Below, in pieces: positions 18,058-28,659 of a stretch of DNA of 64,000 nucleotides. The translations under genes and the position numbers were made by a program. Source of the DNA: a virus (lineage: Duplodnaviria > Caudoviricetes); the IMG/VR virus record IMGVR_UViG_2816332632_000001, positions 1 through 64,000 of that record; one strand, written 5' to 3'. The notes beneath the pieces are model-generated. The model did no database searches. It saw only the letters and a list, made by a program, of their open reading frames with translations, and was not told the origin of the DNA. Positions within the stretch are counted from its first letter, which is position 1. Every line of letters starts with the position of its first letter.

Positions 18058-21000
18058 TTGTCGGACGACATGCGGACCGAAGCCGAAATCCGGCTCAAGG
18101 TCGCGTCAGATGGCGTCGACAAGGCGATGGACGAACTCGCCGGGCTGGACGGCCAGGGCGAGAAAGTAACGCGCACACTCCTCTCCGCACGCAAGGCGCT
18201 CAAAGAGCTCAGCGACGAAGCAGGGACCGGATCTGCTCAGCTTTCCGGCTACGCCGACGGCTTCGGCAAGCTCGTCACGAAGCTCAATGCCTTCAAGAAG
18301 GCCAAGCGGGACGCCGCGCAAACCTCCGTCGTCAACGGCTCCACCGACGGCACCGACCGCGCGGCACTGGAGAAGCTCTCCACCGCCGAACTCGAGCACT
18401 ACATCGCCATCGACGACGCCCGCGGCCAGAACGCCGTGTCGGTTGCCCGTCAGATCGTCGCGCAGCGGCAGCGTGAGACCAGCGAATCCGAGCGCCTGCG
18501 CACGCAGGAAGACCGGATCTACAACCAGCTTCTCTCGGAGCAGACGGCCGCGCGCAAGAAGGCGACGGACTCTGCAATCGCCGAGATCGAGCGCGAGCAC
18601 CGCGCCTACGTTGCGGCGTACTCCGGTGAGTTCAACAACGCCTCACAGCAGAGCGCTGCCGCATCCGCCGCGCAGCAGGACCGCCGCTACGCCGTCCCCA
18701 CCCCAGCCTCCAGGAACACAGCCAACCCGTACGACAAAGCCGCCGCCCAGTCGCAGTACGCCGCCCAGTCAACCCGCGACTACTCGAACTCGCTCAAGGC
18801 TCAGGCCGAGGCGCACAACAAGGTCGTCAACGCCGCGCACGCCGAGGCTCTCGAAGAGGACAAGCTGCGCCGCACGCGCGACGCCGGCACAACCTCCCTG
18901 ATCGCCCAGCGGTACGCGCTCTACGACGTCGCCACCACCTACGGCATCGTGGGCGCCGCCATGACTGCCGTGGCGGCCGGGACCATCAAGGCGTCCGCAG
19001 ACTACGAGAGCGCCTTCACCAACGTCGAGCGCACGACCATCGACTCCAGCGGCAACGTCTCGCAGGCGGTCGAAGACCTCAAGCAGCAGTTCGTCGACCT
19101 GTCCACCCAGATTCCCGTCTCCTTCGAGGATCTCACCAGCATCGCCTCGCTCGGTGCGCAGCTTGGCATTCCCGAGGCCGCACTCGAGTCGTTCACCACC
19201 ACGGTCGCGCAGTTCTCCGCCGTCACCAACGTCACCGTCGACGAGGCATCCAAGTCGTTCGGTGCCCTCGGCTCCCTCATGAAGGTGCCCGCCGACCAGT
19301 TCAACAACCTCGGATCCTCGATCGCCCAGGTAGGTGTGAACTCTGTGGCGACGGAGTCGGAGATCCTCTCCGTCGCGCAGCAGATCGCCTCCTACACGAC
19401 CCTCGCGGGCTACTCGGCGCAGGCGACTATCGGACTGTCGGGCGCGCTCGCATCGCTGCGCGTTCCGCCGGAGCAGGCGCGTTCCGCGATCCAGTCGCTC
19501 TTCAACACCATCAACAACGCCACTGCCAAGGGCGGCCCGGAGCTCGACAACTTCGCCAAGGTGCTCGGCCTCACCGCCGACCAGGCGCGCGACCTGTTCT
19601 CCACGAACCCCGACGAGTTCGTGAACCGCTTCGTCGACTCCCTCTCGCACCTGAACTCGCAGCAGCTTACGCTCACGCTCGACGCGCTCGGCCTGTCCGA
19701 AAAGCGCGTCTCCACTGTCATCACGAAGCTCGCGGGCAACACCGACGTCCTCAAGCAGGCGCAGAACGACGCAAACCAGGCGTGGGCGAGCGGCACCTTC
19801 CTCACCAACGCCTACGGGCTCGTCGCCGACGATCTCAACTCCAAGCTGGCCGAACTTGGCTCCGCCGTTAGTGGGCTAATCGCGTCGCTCGGGCAGAGCG
19901 GCACGCAGCTTGCGCCCCTCATCGACGGCCTGATCGACGTCGTCAATTGGCTCCGCCAGATCGCCAACGACCCGTCCGCACAGGTCTTCATCCGTCTCGG
20001 CCTGGAGATCACCGCTATCGTCGGCGTCTTCGCCACGTTCAAGGCCGCCAGCGCCCTCGCAACCGCCTCCACCTACGCCCTCGTCACCGCCAACGAGGCG
20101 CTCGCGGGCAAGGGTATCCAGGGCGGCATCCGCGGCCTGGCGACATCCATGCTCGGCCTCGGTAACGCCGCGCGCACCGCAGAGGTGGGCACGAAGGGCG
20201 CCGCCGCCGGAGCCACGGTCGCGGGGGCCGTCGCTGGCGGCGCTGCGCCCAAGGTGAACATGCTGAGCGCCGCGCTGCGCGGACTCGGCCGGGCCACCGT
20301 CATTCTCGCCCTGCTCCAGGCCGCCACCGAACTCGTCTTCAACTTCGGCGGGTCCATGAAGTGGCTCGCAGGCATCTTCGGCTTCCTGCGCGACGGCTTC
20401 AACGGGGCCATCCAGGGCGTCGTCGACTTCATCAACACCATCGTCGCGGGCATGGGTCCGCTCGGCCAGTTCATCGGCCTCATGGCGCGCGTCGTCGGCG
20501 GCATGAACAAGAAGATGAACAACGACTGGGTCAACGGGTTCAGCGACTGGGCGGACAGCCTCGACACAACGACGGATGCGTCCGGCTCGCTCGACGACTC
20601 CCTCTACGGCCTCAACGACACGATGGGCGACACCGAGACGGGCTTCGACGGGCTCGGCGACTCGGCCGGCGGAGCGGCAGAGCAGATCCGCACCCTCGAG
20701 GACTACGCCAACGACCTCTCCACCGTGTTCAAGCGCGCCTTCGACATCCGCTTCGGCGGCGAGCAGGCACTCGACACAATCACGAGCGGCTGGCAGAAGA
20801 TCGCACAGGCATCCGCAGACGCCCGCGCCGAGATGGAGAAGGCCAACGCCACCCTCGCTCAGCTTGCGGCCGACAAGTCGATCAACGAGTACTGGCTCTC
20901 CGTCGCCACCGCCTACGGCGACACCCTCCGCGCATCCAAGATCCAGGCCGACCTCGCCAAGAACGCCACCGACACCAAGGCGGCGCAGGACGAACTCACC

Positions 21001-21846
21001 AAGGCGCAGAACGCCAACTCGAAGACCCTCACCGGCAATTCCGAGGCGGCCATCGAAAACCGGTCCACGATCCTCGGGCTCGTCCAGAACTACGACGACC
21101 TCCTCAAGGCGTACGCCGCGAGCGGGATGAGCCAGGAAGACCTCGCCATCAAGGCGCAGCAGCTCAAGGCCGACTTCATGGCGCAGGCGACGCAGCTTGG
21201 CTTCAACTCCGCGGAGCTTGGCCACTACGCCACCGCATTCGACGACGTCACGGTCGCCATCAACGGCGTGCCCCGCAACATCACCGTCTCCTTCGACGCC
21301 AACCCCGCCATCCAGGCGCTCAACGAGCTCCGCGCGCGGATGCAGCAGACCGCCGGAGACGCATACGGCGCAGGCGCATCAGCAGGAGCGGCGTACGGCA
21401 AGGGATGGGTCGACGGCACCGCCAACACCCGGCGCCTGGTCGAGGTTCCCAACGCCTCCGTCCCCGGCGGCAAGGCATACCGCTACGTCAACAACGACGG
21501 CTCCCGCGCGACCCCCGACTTCTTCGCAGAGGGTGGCTACACCGGCGGCGGCGGCAAGTACGAGGCGGCGGGCGTCGTCCACCGCGGCGAGTACGTGTTC
21601 TCGGCGGCAGCGACCCGCAACATCGGCGTCGCCAACCTCGCCTTCGCCCACAACTCCGCCAAGCAGGGCCGCGGATTCTCGCTCGGCAACGGCGGCGGCA
21701 TGGGCATGATGGCGCTTCACCCCGACGACCGCGCGCTCCTACGCGACATCGCCAACCGCATCGGAAACATCGAGGTCGAGTTCGTCGAGGTGTCGCAGGC
21801 GGCACAGGCGGGCGACCGAATCATCGCATCACGAGGAGGCCGCTAG
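18058..21846 (+). CDS. Tape measure protein
   Basis: 1262 aa, Ala-rich helical, YESAFTNVERT, C-terminal FAEGGYTG...VHRGEYV. Confidence 0.95.
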   Translation: MSDDMRTEAEIRLKVASDGVDKAMDELAGLDGQGEKVTRTLLSARKALKELSDEAGTGSAQLSGYADGFGKLVTKLNAFKKAKRDAAQTSVVNGSTDGTDRAALEKLSTAELEHYIAIDDARGQNAVSVARQIVAQRQRETSESERLRTQEDRIYNQLLSEQTAARKKATDSAIAEIEREHRAYVAAYSGEFNNASQQSAAASAAQQDRRYAVPTPASRNTANPYDKAAAQSQYAAQSTRDYSNSLKAQAEAHNKVVNAAHAEALEEDKLRRTRDAGTTSLIAQRYALYDVATTYGIVGAAMTAVAAGTIKASADYESAFTNVERTTIDSSGNVSQAVEDLKQQFVDLSTQIPVSFEDLTSIASLGAQLGIPEAALESFTTTVAQFSAVTNVTVDEASKSFGALGSLMKVPADQFNNLGSSIAQVGVNSVATESEILSVAQQIASYTTLAGYSAQATIGLSGALASLRVPPEQARSAIQSLFNTINNATAKGGPELDNFAKVLGLTADQARDLFSTNPDEFVNRFVDSLSHLNSQQLTLTLDALGLSEKRVSTVITKLAGNTDVLKQAQNDANQAWASGTFLTNAYGLVADDLNSKLAELGSAVSGLIASLGQSGTQLAPLIDGLIDVVNWLRQIANDPSAQVFIRLGLEITAIVGVFATFKAASALATASTYALVTANEALAGKGIQGGIRGLATSMLGLGNAARTAEVGTKGAAAGATVAGAVAGGAAPKVNMLSAALRGLGRATVILALLQAATELVFNFGGSMKWLAGIFGFLRDGFNGAIQGVVDFINTIVAGMGPLGQFIGLMARVVGGMNKKMNNDWVNGFSDWADSLDTTTDASGSLDDSLYGLNDTMGDTETGFDGLGDSAGGAAEQIRTLEDYANDLSTVFKRAFDIRFGGEQALDTITSGWQKIAQASADARAEMEKANATLAQLAADKSINEYWLSVATAYGDTLRASKIQADLAKNATDTKAAQDELTKAQNANSKTLTGNSEAAIENRSTILGLVQNYDDLLKAYAASGMSQEDLAIKAQQLKADFMAQATQLGFNSAELGHYATAFDDVTVAINGVPRNITVSFDANPAIQALNELRARMQQTAGDAYGAGASAGAAYGKGWVDGTANTRRLVEVPNASVPGGKAYRYVNNDGSRATPDFFAEGGYTGGGGKYEAAGVVHRGEYVFSAAATRNIGVANLAFAHNSAKQGRGFSLGNGGGMGMMALHPDDRALLRDIANRIGNIEVEFVEVSQAAQAGDRIIASRGGR

Positions 21847-22760
21847 TGGCGGGCATCAAGCAGTTCTACATCGGCACGCTGGGGCACCTCCAGGTCGCCC
21901 CGATGCCCAAAGACGGCATGACCGTCGACAACGCCGGCTACACGGAGATGATGGCGTTCGAGAACGGCGGTGCGGCAGGAGTGCGCTCCGCGCAGTTCCG
22001 CAAGCGCTACAAGGTCTCGTTCTCCGGCATCGCCTCCGACCTGAACGGCATCGAGTACTACGGTCGCCTCCGGTCGGGTTTCCACGGGACTGGCCTGATC
22101 TACTTCAACAACCCCTTCGACTACAAGACCAACCTGCTCGCCGCTGGGTGGGCGTCGCCTGGTCTCGGCAAGCTCGGCTGGAAGACCATCGGAGACCCCG
22201 AACTCGTCTCCGGCGTCTCGTACACCGACTCGCTGCCCAACGCCTACAACCAGCCGTTCACTGGGGCCACCTTCGGCATCACCGCGGCGGTCGGCGCCGT
22301 CCCCAAGCAGCAGCGCTACCGCCACGTCGTAGTCATCCCACCCGAGCGCACCCTGTGGTTCGGCGCATCCGGCTCGACGACGGGAACGGGCCGCGTCTAC
22401 GTGCGCCCGATTCTCAAGGGCGAAGGAGTGGCCTACGACACCCCGGTCGCCATCGCGCCGGTCAATCCTCAGAGCGCCGCGAGGCTCACCAACTCGTTCT
22501 CCGGTGCCACGTACAAGGCCGTCGAGATCTACCTCGGCCGCGCGTCGACGGCTGCCAGCGTGCTCACCCTGACGTCGATGATGGCGCAGCTTTGGCCGAA
22601 CGGGTCCGCCCCGACCCTCACCGGGCCGCACATCGAAGGCCACGGCCACACCGGGTGCATGTTCGCCGACGATGCCGTGACCGAGAACTACCTGTACTTC
22701 TACCCGCCCCGCAAGGGCATCTCCACCGTGCTTGAGGAGGTCGGAGCATGGCAGCGCTAG
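21846..22760 (+). CDS. Minor tail protein (Dit-like)
   Basis: GTG overlapping the TMP stop; upstream part of the 799-aa track ORF is spurious. Confidence 0.8.
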   Translation: MAGIKQFYIGTLGHLQVAPMPKDGMTVDNAGYTEMMAFENGGAAGVRSAQFRKRYKVSFSGIASDLNGIEYYGRLRSGFHGTGLIYFNNPFDYKTNLLAAGWASPGLGKLGWKTIGDPELVSGVSYTDSLPNAYNQPFTGATFGITAAVGAVPKQQRYRHVVVIPPERTLWFGASGSTTGTGRVYVRPILKGEGVAYDTPVAIAPVNPQSAARLTNSFSGATYKAVEIYLGRASTAASVLTLTSMMAQLWPNGSAPTLTGPHIEGHGHTGCMFADDAVTENYLYFYPPRKGISTVLEEVGAWQR

Positions 22761-24199
22761 CGGCAGCATCGCTCACTGACAACAACATCGGCGAGCTCGA
22801 GGCAGGGTGGTCCGTGACGGAAGCCGTCACCCCGCACGACATCAGCGGCCAGCCTGCGGCCACCGGCTCGGCATCGTTCGCCGGTCAGTCGTTCGCCGAG
22901 TCCTCCTTCGCGATCGACAGGACATCCACCCTCGCGAGCGACATGGGGTCCGTTACCGGCGCAGTGGACAGCGTCGGCGTCGACAACCTGCGCGCGCAGA
23001 TCTCGCAGGGCTCCATCCTCACCAAGCTCAACGTCGACCTGCCGTCAACCAGCCCGGCAATGGGCGGCACGTGGTCGCTCTCCGCACATTTCTCGCGCGC
23101 CATCAAGGCGATCCTGCCCGCCGCGGTGGTCAACTACACAGCAAGCGTTGATCCACAGGTGGTCACACCCCTGTGGCGCGGCAACGTCTGGGACATGCTC
23201 AACCAGCTTGCCTCCGCCTACAAGCGCGAAATCGCGACGTCCGGCTCAACCATCATCGTCCGCGACGTCGGCTCGACCATCCTCCCGCTCGAGGACTTCG
23301 ACAACTCCAGCAAGTCCAAGCTCTCGATCAACACGCAGGCGTCCGGCCAGGTCGTCGAGATCTCGTACTACCAGAGCGCGGCGGTGACCAACCAGGAGGT
23401 CTACAACGCCTTCACCTCGAACAATCAGGTCTTCCAGGCCGACTACGGCGAGACGACCGAGGTGACGATCCCCACCGACACCTACTTCACCACCCTCGTA
23501 CAGCCGACGCCCATGAACGTCCCCAAGCCGTTCAAGGCGCCAATCACGACCGTGGGCGCATACTGCATCACCGCCTCCGACAACCTCCCGGTCCCCGCGG
23601 CGCTGTGGACGCGCTACGGGGGCTCGGTGAGGGTTCGCATCGGCGATGACCCGAACTCGCTCGTGGTGAGCGTCACTGGCCCGCGCTGGCGCATCCCCGG
23701 CTACGACGGCCCATACCGCCTGACCGTCTCCGATGGCCAGAACGACTACGCCACGCTGAGCGTCCGCGGCACCGGCGTGAAGACAAACCCGCAGACCCTC
23801 GCGCTCTCGACGGGGGCAGACCCGGCGATTGCCACGCAGGAGACGGCGACACGGGTGGACAACATCTTCATCTCCACCCTCGCACAGGCGTACGACCGTG
23901 GCGTGTGGGCGAGCGCCTCCGCCGCAGGTCCGACCGTGACCCTCACCTGCTCCGTCCCCACCGACCAGCTTCCGGGCTTCGGCTTGACCTGCGGCTCGCT
24001 GATTCGCTACCGCAACAGCATCTACCGGATCATGCAGGCGACCATCGGCGCACTGCGGACCAGCCTGTCGGCCGTGCAGTACGTCACTGCGGGCGACGAA
24101 GCATCCGCATGGTCGGGGAAGAGCGCCGGAGAGTACGCCGCGTTCTGGGCGGGCAAGACCGCCGGCCAGGCGTCGGTCGAGCCGCTCCGCACCTCGTAG
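22748..24199 (+). CDS. Minor tail protein
   Basis: Position; Ser/Thr/Gly beta-rich. Confidence 0.8.
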   Translation: MAALAAASLTDNNIGELEAGWSVTEAVTPHDISGQPAATGSASFAGQSFAESSFAIDRTSTLASDMGSVTGAVDSVGVDNLRAQISQGSILTKLNVDLPSTSPAMGGTWSLSAHFSRAIKAILPAAVVNYTASVDPQVVTPLWRGNVWDMLNQLASAYKREIATSGSTIIVRDVGSTILPLEDFDNSSKSKLSINTQASGQVVEISYYQSAAVTNQEVYNAFTSNNQVFQADYGETTEVTIPTDTYFTTLVQPTPMNVPKPFKAPITTVGAYCITASDNLPVPAALWTRYGGSVRVRIGDDPNSLVVSVTGPRWRIPGYDGPYRLTVSDGQNDYATLSVRGTGVKTNPQTLALSTGADPAIATQETATRVDNIFISTLAQAYDRGVWASASAAGPTVTLTCSVPTDQLPGFGLTCGSLIRYRNSIYRIMQATIGALRTSLSAVQYVTAGDEASAWSGKSAGEYAAFWAGKTAGQASVEPLRTS

Positions 24200-24232
24200 C
24201 TGTACGTTTCCTGATAGTAAACTGGGAACAAC

Positions 24233-26467
24233 ATGTCAATTCGCCAGGTAACCTCGAGCCTCTCCGACGGGGCATACGTGCGCGCGCTTGAGCAGGAGCT
24301 TGCGGAGCGCGAGCAGCAGCTAAAGTCGGTGCAGTCGCGCGTCGACAGCCTGGAGCGTCGACCGCGCATCGCCACGGCCGCGCCCCTCACCGTCGACCCG
24401 GAGACTGGCGACCCTGTTCGCGATCCCGACCTCGTCCCCGTGACCGTCGACGACCCGCGCTCCCGGTTCACCCCCGACACCCCCGTCGCCTTCGGTGCGA
24501 CCTCCACCGCGGCCTTCGGTCCGACCGGCGCACTCAACGCCGCCGTGCATGCGACGTTCTTCCCAGTCGCCACGGCCGTCAACGGCGACCTCATCGACAT
24601 CACCAAGCACGAGCTCTACGGCCGCCGAGCAGACACGGGCGAGGTCTGGCGGCGTCTCACCACGGGCAGCGGCACAGTGTCCACCCTCGACTACGACCCG
24701 CTGCCGCCAGGCGAGACGTGGCAGTTCAAGGTGCGCGCCATCTCCGGCAACGGCACCCCTGGTGCCTTCACTGCGCCCATCGCGCTCGTCATGAGCGCCG
24801 ACATCACGCCTCCGCCAACCCCATCCGTTCCATCGCTCAGCACGCGGCTCGGAACCGTCACCGTCTCCTGGGATGGCCTCGGCTCCGGCGGCGAGACTCA
24901 GCCGGTCGACTTTGACCGCTGCGACGTCCTGGTCAACGGACAGGTCGCCGGGGCAATCAAGCTGTCGAGCGGCGCATCCACGTTCGTCCTGACCGGCCTC
25001 GCCTACCTGACGAGCTACACAATCCGCCTCGTCGCCGTTGACACCTCCGGCAACCGCTCGCCCCAGTCCGCCCCCGCGAACGTCATCGTCCAGCCGCTCG
25101 TCGACACCGATCTCATCGGCCAGATCATCAACGGCGCGAACATCAAAGACGGCACGATCACAGCCAGTGACAAGATCATCGCCAACACCATCACGGGCGG
25201 CCTCATCCAGGCACTCGCGATCGACGCAGGGAAGATCGCAGCCAACGCCATCACCACCGACAAGCTCGCGGCCGGAGCCATCACCGCTGAGAAGCTCGCC
25301 GTCAACTCGGTCACTGCCAGCAATATCATGATCGGCGATTTTGCCAATCTCGCGAACAATGACGACTGGTCCCTTGGCGCGCCGTCCTGGGTCATCCCCA
25401 CGGGTGGCACGACGATCTACTCGCCCTCGCAGCCCCAGTCGAACAATGGCTACTTCATTCGCCTTCCGATGACACAGAACGAAGGGCAGGGGCTTCGCGC
25501 CCTCGGGCCGAAGTTCAACGCTGTTGCCGGTGAGCAGTTCTCGATCAGTGCCAACGTTTACGCAAACGGAACGGCGACCGGCGGGCTCGTCGGCCTCGAA
25601 CTCATCTGGTTTAGGCAGGACGGGACGAGCCAAACCCAACTAGCAGTCACGCTCACGCCGACATTCCCCGCGGGTTATGTCACCTACACCGCAACGCTCA
25701 CGGCGCCGGCGAACGTTGTGGCAGCGCAGTTCAGCTTTGTCACTGTCGGCAAAGCCACCCAGACAGCAGGCGCGATTGCCACGTTCGCGAACCCGATGGT
25801 CCGTCGCATGGTAGCTGGCTCGCTCATCGTCGACGGAGCGATCGACGGCAAGACCATCACCGGCGCCCTGGTCCGCTCGGCCGCATCCGGCGCACGCACA
25901 GAGATGACCAACCAGGGCATCCGCGTCATTGACGGCACGGGCGTCGAGCAGGTCCGCCTCGGCTACGGCATCGCCACCGGCATGAGCGTCCTCAATCCGA
26001 ACTCGGGCTCACTCGTGCCACTTTCGAGCATCGCGTTCGGCACGACGTCCAGCACGGGTGCGCCGCAGCAGGGCGTGCTCACCACCGGAACGGGCACCTA
26101 CAGCAGCCTCGCGCGCTCGATCGCGCCGGCCGCCGTCTCGAGCGCCTCAGGCCGAATGCTCGTCATGATGTCCGTCAATCTCTCGCTGCCGCCGGGCGCA
26201 TACTTCCGCGTCCGTGCTGCCGTCAACACGGCCGCCCCGCCCGTCGCAGGCGGAGTCAACGACGTCCTCGGCACCACCGTCCAGGTCCAGGAGCTCGACA
26301 CCTACAACGGTGGCCTGACCTCCAACCAGATCACCCTCCTCGGCATCGTCAACGTCACTGCTGGCGCGTCCTACCGGGCATGGGCCGAGATGCAGGTCCG
26401 CGGCGGCACCGCTGGTGGCGTCTGGGGCTACGTCCGTCTCGATACCGTCGTCGCATTCCCCATTTAG
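24233..26467 (+). CDS. Tail fibre / host-range protein with FN3 domains
   Basis: WQFKVRAI and YTIRLVAVD FN3 strands, ITA/ITT repeats, CBM-like insert. Confidence 0.85.
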   Translation: MSIRQVTSSLSDGAYVRALEQELAEREQQLKSVQSRVDSLERRPRIATAAPLTVDPETGDPVRDPDLVPVTVDDPRSRFTPDTPVAFGATSTAAFGPTGALNAAVHATFFPVATAVNGDLIDITKHELYGRRADTGEVWRRLTTGSGTVSTLDYDPLPPGETWQFKVRAISGNGTPGAFTAPIALVMSADITPPPTPSVPSLSTRLGTVTVSWDGLGSGGETQPVDFDRCDVLVNGQVAGAIKLSSGASTFVLTGLAYLTSYTIRLVAVDTSGNRSPQSAPANVIVQPLVDTDLIGQIINGANIKDGTITASDKIIANTITGGLIQALAIDAGKIAANAITTDKLAAGAITAEKLAVNSVTASNIMIGDFANLANNDDWSLGAPSWVIPTGGTTIYSPSQPQSNNGYFIRLPMTQNEGQGLRALGPKFNAVAGEQFSISANVYANGTATGGLVGLELIWFRQDGTSQTQLAVTLTPTFPAGYVTYTATLTAPANVVAAQFSFVTVGKATQTAGAIATFANPMVRRMVAGSLIVDGAIDGKTITGALVRSAASGARTEMTNQGIRVIDGTGVEQVRLGYGIATGMSVLNPNSGSLVPLSSIAFGTTSSTGAPQQGVLTTGTGTYSSLARSIAPAAVSSASGRMLVMMSVNLSLPPGAYFRVRAAVNTAAPPVAGGVNDVLGTTVQVQELDTYNGGLTSNQITLLGIVNVTAGASYRAWAEMQVRGGTAGGVWGYVRLDTVVAFPI

Positions 26468-26474
26468 GAGAGAA

Positions 26475-26735
26475 ATGTCAGATCAGTCAATCACCACCCA
26501 GTTTGGTGTCACCTACCCGAACGGAGTGACGGAGTGGGCCACCGAGGCGTGGTTCGGTGCAATCGACACGCCTGAGAAGCGTGCGACGTTCCAGGAGCAG
26601 TACAACCTCAAGCTCCAGTCACTCGGCGTCCCTGGCCAGGGTCTTTCGTTCGTCACCCGCGAGGTCACCTCTACCTACGGCGCGCCTACCGCACTCGTCG
26701 ACATCATCATCGACCCCGAGGAGCAGTCCGAATGA
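26475..26735 (+). CDS. Small tail-associated protein
   Basis: ATG after AGGAG. Confidence 0.65.
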   Translation: MSDQSITTQFGVTYPNGVTEWATEAWFGAIDTPEKRATFQEQYNLKLQSLGVPGQGLSFVTREVTSTYGAPTALVDIIIDPEEQSE

Positions 26736-27406
26736 CGGCCTCAATCGGATCAGACAACCTCACAGTCTGGACCACATCGGACCCACAGTCGCTCCCAGCC
26801 GCTTCCTCCGCCATGATGACCAGCGTGCGCGCCGCACTCGACGCACGCGCGATCCGGTCGTACAAGTGGGCGAACAGCACCGAGCGCGGCAACGCAACCG
26901 GCATGACCGAGGGCGACCTCGGCGATCAGCGCGACACGGACACGATCTGGCGTTACGACGGAGCTGCCTGGCAGCCACTCATCGCCCCGTCGGTCTCGTA
27001 CCCGGTGACCCTCCAGGGTGTCGCGGCGCTCGGGAACGGCGTGCTCACCGGCTCGTACTCCCGTGTCGGCAAGATGGTCACCGTGGAAGGCTCCCTCCGA
27101 GTCGGCTCGTCGACAACCTTCAACACGTCCAACATCGCCGTGAGCCTCCCGGTCGACGCCGCCAGCAAGTACGCCGCTGCGACAGGGCTCGAGTCGATGG
27201 TCGGCGGATGCGGCATCCTCAACCCCGGCGTCCTCGCGTTCAGTGGCCCCGTCGCCATGCGTGCCGACAACACGCAGGCAGCCAACCTGAAATTCCAGGC
27301 CATCTTCAACAACCAGGTCGTCGACTCTCTCGCCAAGCAAGGCTCGCCCGTCACGCTGGCCAACGGTCACCTCGTCACCTGGACCTTCGCGTACGAGGCG
27401 GCGTAA
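26732..27406 (+). CDS. Minor tail protein
   Basis: DTDTIWRYDGAAW, YSRVGKMVTV. Confidence 0.75.
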   Translation: MTASIGSDNLTVWTTSDPQSLPAASSAMMTSVRAALDARAIRSYKWANSTERGNATGMTEGDLGDQRDTDTIWRYDGAAWQPLIAPSVSYPVTLQGVAALGNGVLTGSYSRVGKMVTVEGSLRVGSSTTFNTSNIAVSLPVDAASKYAAATGLESMVGGCGILNPGVLAFSGPVAMRADNTQAANLKFQAIFNNQVVDSLAKQGSPVTLANGHLVTWTFAYEAA

Positions 27407-27496
27407 CCATCCCGGAGAGTTAGCTAGCTATAGCAGGTAAACTGGGAGAATGCTGAACGTCTCCCGAGTGTCTGTCATCCCGAAGGTGGTCGCCCT

Positions 27497-28306
27497 TTGA
27501 GCATCATCGACGGCCAGGGCCTCATCACCTGGGAAGGCGGCCTCTTCGCCCCCGGCAGCGACCTCCTGCGTCGCGTCAAGTGGGCGTTCGGCAAGATCCG
27601 CGCGGCGGGCGGCACCATCTACCTCAACGAGGCGGGCCGCCCCTTCGGCGTTCCCGGCGACGCAAACGTGGGGTGGGAGTGGCAGACCGCTTCCGGTCGA
27701 TCCACCGTGTGGTTCCAGTGGGGGCGCTACCTGCGTGGAGAGACGCCCTCTGCGGCAGACCCACGCTCCGGCAACGTGTTCGCCTCGGAGCACACCCAGG
27801 GCATCGCCATCGACTGCAACGCACCTACGGCGGCGGACGCAGCACTCCGCGCCAAGTACTTCGCTCAGGCGGGACTCAAGAACACCATCTCGTCCGAGTC
27901 CTGGCACTGGGCCATCCGCGGCAACCCGCTCGTGGACATCAGCATCGACACCGCGTCAGACGGCGCAACACCTCTCACGAACGGAGACGACGAATTGTCC
28001 GCAGCAGAAGTGGCCGACATCAAGGCCCACATCACCGCAGAGACCAACCGCCTCGCTGACTACGTGCGCCGCGAGTCGCGCCTGCGCCTCTACAAGAACT
28101 CGGTCACCGGCAAGTTCATGGCGGCCTCGATCCTGACCGGCCGCTACGAGATCCTCTCCGGCCAGTCCGAGGTCGACTCGCTGGTCCAGAACGGCTACCT
28201 CGAGATCGGCAACGGCGACGCGGTCAACCCGCAGATCGTCGACGAGACGCGCTGGGCCAACATCATCGCCAAGTGCCCGGTCAACATCAAGGCGCTGGCC
28301 CACTGA
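27497..28306 (+). CDS. Endolysin, M15-type Zn peptidase
   Basis: SEHTQGIAID...ESWHW. Confidence 0.85.
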   Translation: MSIIDGQGLITWEGGLFAPGSDLLRRVKWAFGKIRAAGGTIYLNEAGRPFGVPGDANVGWEWQTASGRSTVWFQWGRYLRGETPSAADPRSGNVFASEHTQGIAIDCNAPTAADAALRAKYFAQAGLKNTISSESWHWAIRGNPLVDISIDTASDGATPLTNGDDELSAAEVADIKAHITAETNRLADYVRRESRLRLYKNSVTGKFMAASILTGRYEILSGQSEVDSLVQNGYLEIGNGDAVNPQIVDETRWANIIAKCPVNIKALAH

Positions 28307-28307
28307 C

Positions 28308-28637
28308 ATGAACGACGACGAAATCCCCAAAGACTTCACCGGCCTCGCGGTCGCGATGGGGGTCGTCCAGGAAGGGCAGCGCAACATTTTGCAGGCGTTC
28401 ACCGACTTTAAGAAGGACCAGGTGAAGGCGGTCGACGACATCCGCGCGGAGCACGCCGCAACGCGGACGGAGGTTGAGGGCGTGAAGACGCGGCTGACCG
28501 TCATCGAGTCGCAGGCGCGCCCGAAGACGCCCTGGTTCATCGTCGTCAGCGCCATCGGCGTCATCGTCACCACCGTAGGCGGCGGTATCGGCCTACTCGC
28601 CAGCATGTCTCAAATCGCAGCAGCGGTCGGCAAGTAG
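28308..28637 (+). CDS. Coiled-coil membrane lysis protein
   Basis: Coiled coil then a C-terminal TM helix, directly after the endolysin. Confidence 0.7.
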   Translation: MNDDEIPKDFTGLAVAMGVVQEGQRNILQAFTDFKKDQVKAVDDIRAEHAATRTEVEGVKTRLTVIESQARPKTPWFIVVSAIGVIVTTVGGGIGLLASMSQIAAAVGK

Positions 28638-28659
28638 CCGGCACCCAGGAGGAACCCTT

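Noticed and set aside
20361-21845. N-terminal part of the 799-aa ORF
   Set aside because: Arg-rich off-frame overlap with the tape measure gene; the real gene starts at 21846
24233-27406. Diversity-generating retroelement or invertible tail-fibre cassette
   Set aside because: No reverse transcriptase, invertase or duplicated template seen
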